A DNA stretch of 63,860 nucleotides, filler included, from a bacterium (GTDB lineage: Bacteria; JAMOTN01), in the NCBI GenBank assembly GCA_027062325.1. It is 6 parts of 6 records of this genome, joined end to end, with 100 filler letters (N's around TTAATTAATTAA, not from the genome) between each part and the next. Parts side by side here need not be neighbours in the genome. Positions count along the whole stretch, not along the records: positions 11,976 to 38,209 come from JAMOTN010000038.1; positions 38,310 to 45,577 come from JAMOTN010000039.1; 4 more parts are not named here. One strand, 5' to 3'. The notes beneath the pieces are model-generated. The model worked only from the letters and a program-made list of their open reading frames with translations. It did no database searches and was not told the origin of the DNA. Of the stretch, positions 34,277 through 43,469 are shown piece after piece. Within the stretch, counting starts at the first letter, position 1, and every line of letters begins with the position of its first letter. A program made the translations under genes and the position numbers.

Positions 34277-35686
34277 GTGGTGAGGGTACTTATTGTTGAA
34301 GATGAAAAGGATATAGCTCAGCTTTTAAAGGAGATTCTTGAGCTTGATGGAGCTGATGTGGAGACGGCAGGAAGTATATATGAAGCTAAAAAGTTGGGGG
34401 TTGATTTTGATGTTGCGATAGTAGATATAAGACTTCCTGACGGAGATGGTACAGATTATGCTAGATGGATGCTTAGTAATAATTCTGAAGTTGCAGTGGT
34501 GTTTATTACAGCGTATGCTTCTGTTGCTTCAGCAATTGAAGCGTTGAAAATTGGAGCTAAAGATTACATTATTAAGCCTTTTTCAGTTGATGTGATAAGA
34601 GCGGTTTACGAGAGAATAAAGAAAGAAAAGCGTTTAGAGAAGAGTATAGATTTTATGAGGAGAAACTACGGAAAAAATTTCTTTTACAGTAGTGGAATTA
34701 TGAGAGATGTGGTTGCGTTAGCAGAAGAGTATTTTGCTTCCTCTGAACCGATGCTCATAACGGGAGAGACAGGAGTGGGAAAGACTGCTTTAGTACGATA
34801 TCTTTATTCAAGAAGTGACTATACTAATCTCACAGAGTTTGAATGTGCTTCTGTTCCAAAAGATTTGTTTGAAGCGGAATTTTTCGGATTTGAGAAAGGA
34901 GCTTTTACAGGTGCTTTGAAGGGAAAAGCAGGAATTGTTGAGTTGGCAGATGATGGAGTTTTGGTGCTGGAAGAGATAGGAGATCTGCCGTTGGAGCTTC
35001 AAACCAAAATTTTGAGATTTTTAGAGAGTAAAACTTACAGACGTGTTGGTGGGACAAGAGATAGAAGGGTTAGAGTCAAAGTAGTTGCTGTTACAAATAA
35101 AAGTTTGGAAAGCTTAGTAGCTGAAGGTAAATTTAGAGAGGATTTGTACTGGAGATTGAAGACTTTTAAGGTGGAAATACCGCCTTTGAGAGATAGAGTG
35201 GAGGATTTGGAGGCCATATTTGAGGGATATAAAGAAGAATTAGAGGTTACTTATGGAGTGAAGCTTGATTTTAACGAAGTGGCTTCCAGGTTGAGAAATT
35301 ATGAATGGCCGGGAAATGTTAGGGAATTTGTGAAGTATTTGCAAAAGAGTTATATGTTGGGAAAATGGCAACCTTTGGGTGATGAAAAGAGTGTTAAGGA
35401 TAGGGCTAAAGATGAGCATGGGAATTTGGAGTTTAGAGGATTTGAGAAAAGCCAAATTGATGTGGAGTATATTAATAAACTTTTAATTGAATATTTTGTG
35501 AGGAGATTAGAAGGGGAAGGAGAAGTATTTAAGGAGTTTTCAGAGCTTTTTTCTGGATTGGAAAGGGAGTTACTTTATAAAGCTTTAGAGCATTACAGAG
35601 GGAAATCTCTTTCTTACATTGCTAAAAAACTTGGAATGACAAGGAGACAGCTAGAGTTTAGGTTGAAGAAGTTGAATTTAATTTAG
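34277..35686 (+). CDS. Sigma54-dependent response regulator, NtrC family (REC-AAA+-HTH)
   Basis: VLIVEDE, VDIRLPDGDG, ITGETGVGKT, GAFTGA, FREDLYWRL, WPGNVRE, C-terminal HTH. GTG start follows AGGAGG (ORF track gives 34232). Confidence 0.92.
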   Translation: MVRVLIVEDEKDIAQLLKEILELDGADVETAGSIYEAKKLGVDFDVAIVDIRLPDGDGTDYARWMLSNNSEVAVVFITAYASVASAIEALKIGAKDYIIKPFSVDVIRAVYERIKKEKRLEKSIDFMRRNYGKNFFYSSGIMRDVVALAEEYFASSEPMLITGETGVGKTALVRYLYSRSDYTNLTEFECASVPKDLFEAEFFGFEKGAFTGALKGKAGIVELADDGVLVLEEIGDLPLELQTKILRFLESKTYRRVGGTRDRRVRVKVVAVTNKSLESLVAEGKFREDLYWRLKTFKVEIPPLRDRVEDLEAIFEGYKEELEVTYGVKLDFNEVASRLRNYEWPGNVREFVKYLQKSYMLGKWQPLGDEKSVKDRAKDEHGNLEFRGFEKSQIDVEYINKLLIEYFVRRLEGEGEVFKEFSELFSGLERELLYKALEHYRGKSLSYIAKKLGMTRRQLEFRLKKLNLI

Positions 35687-35700
35687 TATTGAGGAAAGGT

Positions 35701-35726
35701 AAAAAAGGGCGGGGTTTTACCCCGCC
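35701..35726 (-). terminator. Intrinsic terminator between convergent genes
   Basis: GGCGGGGT-tt-ACCCCGCC-type hairpin with an A6 run on its left (U-tract on the minus strand). Confidence 0.8.
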
Positions 35727-35753
35727 ATGTGGACTATATACTTGTGACTAGGA

Positions 35754-37037
35754 CTAGATAGTATCAAGGTCTTTTGTGACTTTGCTGAAGAGTTTTTCTG
35801 CTCCCTTTATTCTGTAAGTTCCGGCATAGTACTGGTAATAACGCGGAGGCATAGGGCGTATCACTACTCTATCCATGCTACCAGATGCTTCTGCAATAAG
35901 TGGTTCGCCGTCTGGTGCATATCCTAAAAATAGGAAATTGTGTGTCCAATTAACATGAGTTCCACCGAGGTTTTCCAAACGGATCATGTCACCAGGTTTA
36001 GCGGAGAAAGGAGGAACGTGTCCATCTTCAGGAAGCTTTTTCATGTATTTTTTAACGAGAATGCGGCTTGCTATCTTTTTGTTAGGAATGTTTGTTTTAA
36101 TACCGTTGGCTTTAAAGGCGTCGAGCCACAGACGCTGTACAAATCCTGCACAGTCTATACCACCAATCTGGTAAAATTCACGTTCAGCTTTCTTTGAGTA
36201 AAAGCGCCAAGTCTTTGGATTTATGTATTTTTCAAACATCTCCTCTGAGTGGAGGCCAAGTTTGTAGCCTTTCTTTTTCTTTTCAAGGAATTCTTCTGGA
36301 GAATCAAAACCGCCAAGCTTAAATACGACTCCTGCTTCAACCCACTTTTCTGCCAAGTTAAAGAAATACTCGTGCAATTTTTGAAACTTAGCTGTTTTAT
36401 ATGCTTCTTCATAAGCTTTAGCTAACTCTTCTTTCGATACGAGGCCATTTTTATAGGCAATGGCATAAATTTTAGCACGTGTAAGCAAAAGTTTTGTTGT
36501 TTGCTTCTCAAATGGTGTAGAGTTATACTTTTTGTCTATCTCTTTTAAAGCAAATTTGATTCTACCATCTTCTGCTAAAGCTAAAAGTTTCTCCTCTGAA
36601 AGAGAGCGCTTAAAACCTAGGCGTATGAGAAACTTATCCCACCAGCTCAGCTTTTTAGGATTTAGGTTTATGTTCAGAGTTTTTGCTATCGAGTCTAGCT
36701 TTTGAGAGTAGGTACGTGCTATCTTATTCCTATTAAATATTGGGGAGTAAGAATAAGAAGAGGTATCACTTTGAGGAGATGTTTGGTTCTGTAAGTAGTT
36801 TTGGGTCTGCAGCTTGGTTATCTCTTCGTTTACTTTTTTCATCTGCTTCTTTATCTTCTCGATCTCTTGCGCAATTTTACTTTGTTCAGCTGGATTGTTT
36901 GTGAAGGCGTATTTGTTAACTAGATAAAGAAAACGGTTATAAAGTATTTCTTTTCTGTGGCGAAGTTCTGCTATTGAAGTTGCAAACACACTAGTGCATA
37001 TAAGCATCACGAGTAACAAAGTAGCAGTTGCTCTCAT
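35754..37037 (-). CDS. Secreted protein with coiled-coil N-terminus and C-terminal NlpC/P60-like cysteine amidase domain
   Basis: Signal peptide MRATATLLLVMLICTSVFA after AGGAGGGA; GIDCAGFV, PGDMI, WTHNFLF, IAEAS. Confidence 0.7.
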   Translation of the reverse strand: MRATATLLLVMLICTSVFATSIAELRHRKEILYNRFLYLVNKYAFTNNPAEQSKIAQEIEKIKKQMKKVNEEITKLQTQNYLQNQTSPQSDTSSYSYSPIFNRNKIARTYSQKLDSIAKTLNINLNPKKLSWWDKFLIRLGFKRSLSEEKLLALAEDGRIKFALKEIDKKYNSTPFEKQTTKLLLTRAKIYAIAYKNGLVSKEELAKAYEEAYKTAKFQKLHEYFFNLAEKWVEAGVVFKLGGFDSPEEFLEKKKKGYKLGLHSEEMFEKYINPKTWRFYSKKAEREFYQIGGIDCAGFVQRLWLDAFKANGIKTNIPNKKIASRILVKKYMKKLPEDGHVPPFSAKPGDMIRLENLGGTHVNWTHNFLFLGYAPDGEPLIAEASGSMDRVVIRPMPPRYYQYYAGTYRIKGAEKLFSKVTKDLDTI

Positions 37038-37163
37038 AATGATCCCTCCTTGAATGTTCCACATTCCACTTTAATTTTAATGATATTTTCACAAAGTGTT
37101 CATTAGTTAAATAGGTGAGTATCTGTTCAATTAATTTGATGCAGTGCCGAATATAGTTGTGAG

Positions 37164-38209
37164 GTGAAGACTATGAAAAAAAGATATATCATCTCTTTCA
37201 TAGTATTTGTGATAGCAATTGTAATTTTAATTCCAATGAGTTTGACAAGTTGCGTGGAGGCAGAGTTCCTACCTTATGTATCGAGTGTTGAGATTAAAGG
37301 GATAAATGTGGAAAATGATCCTGCAGATCACCTGACGGTTAAATTGACTCCTTTGTATAACTTAAAGGCAGCGGATAAAAGTAGCCAACTTTATTTCAAG
37401 TGGTACTTTGATGATGGGACAAGTTACTATACTACTGCTTCAGCTCCAACTTTGAAGAAGACTTTTCCATATCCGGGTAGGTGGAAAGTAACGGTTTATG
37501 CTGTTTATGCAGATGTTGTGCATGAGTATTCTACGTATGTTGATTTGAATGCCAAAAAAGTGTTGGCGGTTTATATGGCGGCAGATAATAATTTGTCATC
37601 TATTAACGTGAATGGTTTGTCTTTGCCATCAACTTTAGATGTGGATGCTACAGATGCTGTCACATTTGTAGAAGATAATGTTGCCAAGCTTTTAAAAATT
37701 GCTCCTGAAATGGAAGCTCAAAATGTAATGGTTTTGTTTGTTGATAACTACTATCTTACTGACAAAGTGAAATATATTATCATAGGTAAAAATGTGGTTA
37801 AGGAGTATGAATATGCAGAAGTGGATAGTGCTAATTCTTCATCACTTTCAAAATTTTTGTCCTGGGTACATGATAGTTTCCCAGCTAATGAGTATTCGCT
37901 TGTAATTTGGGGCCACGCTCTTGGAGCTCAGCCGGCTACCAGGTATGCTGCATACGATGAGACTTCAAACTCTTTGATGAGTGAGTCAGGTTTAAGAGAT
38001 GCTGTGTTGAACACCCTTGGAAAAGTTAAAGTCTTAATATTTGATGCATGCGCCATGTCTTCGGCAGCTGCATTTTCCGATCTTACTGGGGCTGCTGAAA
38101 AAGTAGTTGCAAGTGCTGGCCTTGTTCCCGGTGAAGGGTTGGGAATACAAAATTTTGCGCTTAGTTGGTTGGGTGGAAATAGTGATACTCAGGCGATCGA
38201 TGATTTTTA
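37164..38209 (+). CDS. Lipoprotein with PKD domain and clostripain-like (C11) peptidase domain, truncated by gap
   Basis: Lipobox LTSC; PKD WYFDDG...YPGRWKVTV; VYMAADNNLS, LVIWGH, LIFDACAM. Confidence 0.8.
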
Positions 38210-38309
38210 NNNNNNNNNNNNNNNNNNNNNNNNNNNNNNNNNNNNNNNNNNNNTTAATTAATTAANNNNNNNNNNNNNNNNNNNNNNNNNNNNNNNNNNN
38301 NNNNNNNNN
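38210..38309. other. Artificial contig spacer
   Basis: N44-TTAATTAATTAA-N44. Confidence 0.99.
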
Positions 38310-38434
<125 letters not shown>

Positions 38435-38462
38435 ACAATTGACAAAACTTTGACGACTAGCG

Positions 38463-38495
38463 GGGCACTGTCTCAATTTCAGTGCCCTTTTTTTT
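38463..38495 (+). terminator. Intrinsic terminator after eno
   Basis: GGGCACTG-N9-CAGTGCCC followed by T8. Confidence 0.85.
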
Positions 38496-38550
38496 ATTTT
38501 ATAAACAAAACCTCAAATACATTTGGGCAAAAGCCCAAGGAGGGATTTGA

Positions 38551-41064
38551 ATGAAGGCAGTTATTATGGCGGGGGGATTCGGAACGCGTTTGCGTCCAAT
38601 CACCTGCAATTTACCAAAACCCATGGTACCAGTTGTTAATCGGCCAATGATGGAACACATTGTAGAACTTTTGAAAGAACATAACATAACAGAAGCCATA
38701 TCTATTCTCTTCTACCAAGCGGATATCATTATGAATCATTTTCAAGATGGATCACGTTTTGGGATAAAGATGCACTACGTAGGAGCAGATGATGACTATG
38801 GAACTGCAGGTAGTGTAAAAAACGCTCAACGCTACCTTAACGAACGTTTTATAGTGATAAGCGGAGACGTTTTGACAGATTTTGATTTAACCGATGCTAT
38901 CAGATTTCATGAGAAAAAAGGCGCCAAAGTGACAATAATTCTAACCCGTGTGTCAAATCCGCTTGCCTACGGAGTTGTTATCACAAATGAAGAAGGAAAA
39001 ATTGTCAAATTCCTTGAGAAACCCAGCTGGGGTGAAGTCTTTAGCGATACCGTCAACACCGGCATATACATAATCGAGCCTGAAATACTCAATCTAATTC
39101 CTGAGAAGAAAAACTTTGATTTTTCTCAGAACCTGTTTCCTCTGATACTTGAAAAGGGACTTCCTCTTTACGGTTACATTGCAGATGGCTACTGGAAAGA
39201 CATAGGGAATTTGGATGAGTATAGATACGCCCATTACGACATACTTCAGGGAAACGTCAGAGTGAAAATTCCGGGGAAAAGATTGGATCTGATGGGGAGA
39301 GATGTATTTATAGGTGAAAATGTAGATCTTGGTAAGAAAATTGACTTCCGCGGTGGAGTAATCATAGGAAACAACGTAAAAATTGGAAATGGAGTAAAAC
39401 TTCACAATGTAATAATTGGGGATAACTGTGTAATAGAAGATGGAGCAAATCTATACGGTTGCATTATTTGGGAAGGCACACACATAGGAAGAAATGCACT
39501 ACTTCGTGAAAACATTATCGGAAAAAATTGTCAAATTGGAGATAAAGTCTATATAGCCGAACGAACTGTTGTTGCAGACGAAGTAGAGATAGGGTCAGAA
39601 GCAGTGATAAAACCCAATCTAAAAATATGGCCATACAAGAAAGTCGAAGCTGGAGCCTTCCTTTCACACTCTCTCATTTGGGGGGAGAAATGGACTCGTT
39701 TCCTATTTGGAAGAGAAGGAGTAAATGGACTTGCCAACATCGAAATTACCCCAGAATTCGCTGCCAAACTTGGAGCAACTTACGGAGCCACCTTAGGAAA
39801 AGGTGCAGTAGTATGTACAAGTCGAGATGCAGATAAAACCTCACGTCTTATAAATCGTGCTGTAATTTCAGGACTCCTTTCTGCTGGAGTTAACGTTTAC
39901 GATCTCAGAGTTATGCCACTTCCTGTTTCTCGTTACTTCATAAGGAGTCAGGGATTAGGTGGCGGAATCCACACCTCATTCAATCAAATAATGAGTAGAA
40001 AAGAGCTTCTTCTCAGATTCCTTGATTCAAATGGCCTAGATCTTCCGCGCAACAAGCAAAAATCCATCGAACGTCTATTCTTCAGAGAGGACTTTGCAAG
40101 GGCTCAACCCGAAGAAGTGGGCGAACTTTCATTTCCACACCGTGTAGTTGATTACTACCGTGAAGGACTACTCGGTACAGTAAATTTCGAAATGATTAAC
40201 CAGTACAAGCCAAAGGTAGTAATTGATTACTCTTATGGAGCAGCTAGCGCAATATTCCCATCAATCCTAGGAAAAATAGGCTGTGATATTATATCCCTCA
40301 ACTCCTATATTTCCGAAACTGGTATGCCTCAACCAGATCTTAAAGAAGCTACTGAACGCCTTGGAAACATAGTAAAAACAACATTTTCTCTTCTTGGAGT
40401 ACTAATAAGTCCAGAAGCTGAGAAGATAATAATAACCACCCAAGACGGAAAAGTTCTTGATAATATAGAAACTTTTATTCTATTCACCTATCTAATGTCA
40501 CGTCATAACAAGAACAGAGAAGATATGTTTGTGGCAGCACCACTTTATGCTCCAAAAGTTTTAGAAGATGTAGCTGCACACTTTGGAGTTAAGTTGGTTA
40601 GAACCAAAACCAATCAAACCGAGATGATGAATATAGCACTCGACGAGAAAGCACTACTCGTTGGCGATCTATCAGGTCGCTTTATAATTCCTGCATTCCA
40701 ACCTGCCTTTGATGCAATGGCTGCAACATTAAAACTTATTGAACTTCTTATTAAAGAAGAAGAAAGAATAGAAGATATTTTGGAAGAGCTACCAAAGCCA
40801 AACTTTGCTCATGTAGAAGTCGCTTGCAACTGGGATAAAAAAGGAACAGTTATGAGAAAGCTTATAGAATACAGCAAAAATAAGGAAGCTGAACTCATAG
40901 AAGGCGTCAAAATTTTTGAAGACAAAGACAACTGGGCGCTCCTCATACCAGATAACGAAAAACCGGTGTTCCACCTTTGGGTTGAAGCAGATTCAGAGGA
41001 GAATGTAAAATCTCTCGTTGATAAATATACTCAGCTTGTAAAAAGCTGGGAACAAGAAGATTAA
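38551..41064 (+). CDS. Mannose-1-phosphate guanylyltransferase / phosphomannomutase-like fusion
   Basis: MAGGFGTRLRP...PKPMVP, FLEKP, YWKDIG, left-handed beta-helix repeats, then a phosphohexomutase fold (LFGREGVNGLAN, KGTVMRKL). Confidence 0.9.
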   Translation: MKAVIMAGGFGTRLRPITCNLPKPMVPVVNRPMMEHIVELLKEHNITEAISILFYQADIIMNHFQDGSRFGIKMHYVGADDDYGTAGSVKNAQRYLNERFIVISGDVLTDFDLTDAIRFHEKKGAKVTIILTRVSNPLAYGVVITNEEGKIVKFLEKPSWGEVFSDTVNTGIYIIEPEILNLIPEKKNFDFSQNLFPLILEKGLPLYGYIADGYWKDIGNLDEYRYAHYDILQGNVRVKIPGKRLDLMGRDVFIGENVDLGKKIDFRGGVIIGNNVKIGNGVKLHNVIIGDNCVIEDGANLYGCIIWEGTHIGRNALLRENIIGKNCQIGDKVYIAERTVVADEVEIGSEAVIKPNLKIWPYKKVEAGAFLSHSLIWGEKWTRFLFGREGVNGLANIEITPEFAAKLGATYGATLGKGAVVCTSRDADKTSRLINRAVISGLLSAGVNVYDLRVMPLPVSRYFIRSQGLGGGIHTSFNQIMSRKELLLRFLDSNGLDLPRNKQKSIERLFFREDFARAQPEEVGELSFPHRVVDYYREGLLGTVNFEMINQYKPKVVIDYSYGAASAIFPSILGKIGCDIISLNSYISETGMPQPDLKEATERLGNIVKTTFSLLGVLISPEAEKIIITTQDGKVLDNIETFILFTYLMSRHNKNREDMFVAAPLYAPKVLEDVAAHFGVKLVRTKTNQTEMMNIALDEKALLVGDLSGRFIIPAFQPAFDAMAATLKLIELLIKEEERIEDILEELPKPNFAHVEVACNWDKKGTVMRKLIEYSKNKEAELIEGVKIFEDKDNWALLIPDNEKPVFHLWVEADSEENVKSLVDKYTQLVKSWEQED

Positions 41065-41088
41065 AACATTATGAATAAACAATTCTCT

Positions 41089-41118
41089 GGGGGGCATTAA
41101 AACCCCCCTTCTTTTTTT
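41089..41118 (+). terminator. Candidate terminator overlapping the 3' end of the convergent permease gene
   Basis: GGGGGG-cattaaaa-CCCCCC followed by TTCTTTTTTT. Confidence 0.55.
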
Positions 41119-41852
41119 CCTAACCTTTCCAAAATTTGCGCACTACCAAACAACATTAAAGCTGCCAAACACGTAATAAAAGCAGCAACAAAAGCTTCAT
41201 CTAAATTTCCTTCCGTTGTGTAATAAAAAACTGCACAAGCAAGAGTTAAAGTTTTTCCCTCTATCAATCCTCCAAATAAAGCTGTTGCCCCAACCTCAGA
41301 TAAAGCTCTCGCAGCACCAGTAAGAAGTGATGTTACAACTCCTTTCCATCCAACTGGTAAAACTATATACCACAGCAGTTTAAATCCATCCGCCCCATCA
41401 CACATAGCAGCTTCCAACATGTCGTAATCAAGCATTGAAAATGTTATCACTATTCCCCTTATTATAAAGGGAGTCGCTACCGTAAACTGCACCACTATCA
41501 AAGCTGGAAATGTAAAAGCCACGCTTTTGAAGAGAACAAGAAGCGCAATTCCAATAATAACTGGAGGGATCGCCGCTGTAATCGTACTTAGCAATATCAA
41601 AGCCCCCTGAACATACTTGTAGTAGTAAATTATCTCATAAGCAACAAACACCGAAACTACAAGTGATAAGCTAATTGAGATTGAAAGCGAACTTAAGGTT
41701 ATCAGAAAACTTTTTGCAATCAATCCCCAATCAACTTTATCCATCTTATTGTAAGCCTTCAAAAATATGACTCCAAGTATCAAAAGTACATACAACATAT
41801 AAAAGTTGTAAACCAATCCTGTAATCTGTCCAGGTTTTTTAAACAAATACAC
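41097..41852 (-). CDS. ModB-like molybdate/tungstate ABC permease
   Basis: IPPVIIGIALL, FTFPALIVVQF.VATPF, EAA loop LEAAMCDGA, ARALSEVGAT. Confidence 0.75.
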   Translation of the reverse strand: MYLFKKPGQITGLVYNFYMLYVLLILGVIFLKAYNKMDKVDWGLIAKSFLITLSSLSISISLSLVVSVFVAYEIIYYYKYVQGALILLSTITAAIPPVIIGIALLVLFKSVAFTFPALIVVQFTVATPFIIRGIVITFSMLDYDMLEAAMCDGADGFKLLWYIVLPVGWKGVVTSLLTGAARALSEVGATALFGGLIEGKTLTLACAVFYYTTEGNLDEAFVAAFITCLAALMLFGSAQILERLGKKEGGF

Positions 41853-42048
41853 CCCTCCTAGTTTTATTAAAAATTCTGCCTTCTAGAAAGTTTCACAAGC
41901 AATATTCACCACCATTATAAAACACCACTGTCTCATTTAAATTTAGACGTACCATTACCGATTTATTAAGTGAAGAGGCAAGCCAAAAGCTTAAACACCA
42001 ACAACAAAGCTACCTATAAGGAGCAAGAAGTATTAAGGAGGGATTGAA

Positions 42049-42210
42049 ATGAATCCAACCAAAGCTGCAAACTTTAAGAAGGCAATGATTGAGTGGATCA
42101 AGGCAAATTTTAAGGATGTGCTTGGAGATGATGTCTATCTCTTAGATGAACCAAATGGACTAGACGTACTCCAGCAGAAAATAATGAAGAGAATCAATGA
42201 TTTGAACTAA
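42049..42210 (+). CDS. Small hypothetical protein, 53 aa (below ORF-track cutoff)
   Basis: AAGGAGGGA RBS; MNPTKAANFKKAMIEWIKANFKDVLGDDVYLLDEPNGLDVLQQKIMKRINDLN*; followed by its own terminator. Confidence 0.7.
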   Translation: MNPTKAANFKKAMIEWIKANFKDVLGDDVYLLDEPNGLDVLQQKIMKRINDLN

Positions 42211-42241
42211 AGCCCCCATCCCCCCTCTCCAGCCCGCACAC

Positions 42242-42279
42242 GCCCTGGCTTGCTGCTGCAGGTCAGGGCATTTTTATTT
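42242..42279 (+). terminator. Intrinsic terminator after the 53-aa ORF
   Basis: GCCCTGGCTTGC-tgct-GCAGGTCAGGGC (12-bp stem including 2 G-U pairs) followed by ATTTTTATTT. Confidence 0.75.
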
Positions 42280-42290
42280 ATAATTTCCTT

Positions 42291-43421
42291 ATGAAATTAG
42301 AAAATGCAAAATCAGTACGCCTAAAGTTCATCAAACCCAATCCATTTTCTCAATTCACTCTATTCGAAACAGAAGAATTTCTACCAACACCTCCATTAAA
42401 GACATACCTAGAATTTAAAACTTCAAGGTACCCTTCATTCAACCTTCCACTCACTACACTGATAGAATTTTCATTTATCTTCACTAACTCTGAAACTTCT
42501 CAAATTATCATGCAAAACCTCAAAAAATTCTCCCTTTCCAAAGCAATCTTTAATAACTCACCCTTTTTAGTATTCACAACTCAAAGCCCAATAGCCAAAC
42601 TCTTGATCCTATATAAATTCAGAAATACAGAAATTGCAAGGAAACTTGGCTCTTACTTATGGAATAAACTATCTCCTCTAGAGAAAGCATTTCTAAACTC
42701 AGTAATTGAAGAAGATCTCACCCCAATCCTCGAATACAGATCCTCTCATGCATTCGTTAACTGTATAAAGTGGTGGACAATCCTAAATTTTCTAAAGCTT
42801 TATAAAACTCACAAATCAATTTTTACAAACCCCATTACCTTTTCCGATGTTAAAATGAACAAACCTGAATCAAATCCATTTAAGAAAAATGCCTCTTCAC
42901 TTATCACAATTTTTTTAAATTCCACAGATTACCTTTTAACCGCTGCAACCAGACTTGCCCTTCATAACATATTTGATCAAGTGATTAAAATCACTCCCTC
43001 ACTCCTACCAAAGCTCTCATCCAGAAAACTAGCAGATATAGCCCGTGCAATAGGAGTATGGCTATCTTCTGCTCATTCGCACCATATTGCACATTTTAAT
43101 AAAGCATTCTCCATTGCAAAAAATTTACTAAAGATATTCATAAACTCTAGAGATAGAAGAGTCGGAACAAATGCCATAGAAAGCTTGATAATGCTCTTAG
43201 ACTCAAACGTATTATCTGAAGAAGATAAGGCAGAATTTGCCAAAATTTTAAAAAATTCTTCATCAACCCATCATAGATTTAATATGGCAAAAGCAGTATT
43301 TCTGTGGATGCTAAAAGACTTACATGCTTTCAAAGTAGCTAAACGCTTAATGGAAGGTGATCCCAAAGAGCGCCAAACCTTCGAGATGTTAAAAAGCCTT
43401 ATAAACCTAGATAGATTATAA
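42291..43421 (+). CDS. Hypothetical protein with possible C-terminal HEAT-like repeats
   Basis: 376-aa ORF; DRRVGTNAIESL resembles the HEAT motif D.RVRANAVEAL. Confidence 0.6.
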   Translation: MKLENAKSVRLKFIKPNPFSQFTLFETEEFLPTPPLKTYLEFKTSRYPSFNLPLTTLIEFSFIFTNSETSQIIMQNLKKFSLSKAIFNNSPFLVFTTQSPIAKLLILYKFRNTEIARKLGSYLWNKLSPLEKAFLNSVIEEDLTPILEYRSSHAFVNCIKWWTILNFLKLYKTHKSIFTNPITFSDVKMNKPESNPFKKNASSLITIFLNSTDYLLTAATRLALHNIFDQVIKITPSLLPKLSSRKLADIARAIGVWLSSAHSHHIAHFNKAFSIAKNLLKIFINSRDRRVGTNAIESLIMLLDSNVLSEEDKAEFAKILKNSSSTHHRFNMAKAVFLWMLKDLHAFKVAKRLMEGDPKERQTFEMLKSLINLDRL

Positions 43422-43469
43422 TTAACCGTTATAACACATTGATTTGAACATGCTAAAGGAGGTCTCTAC

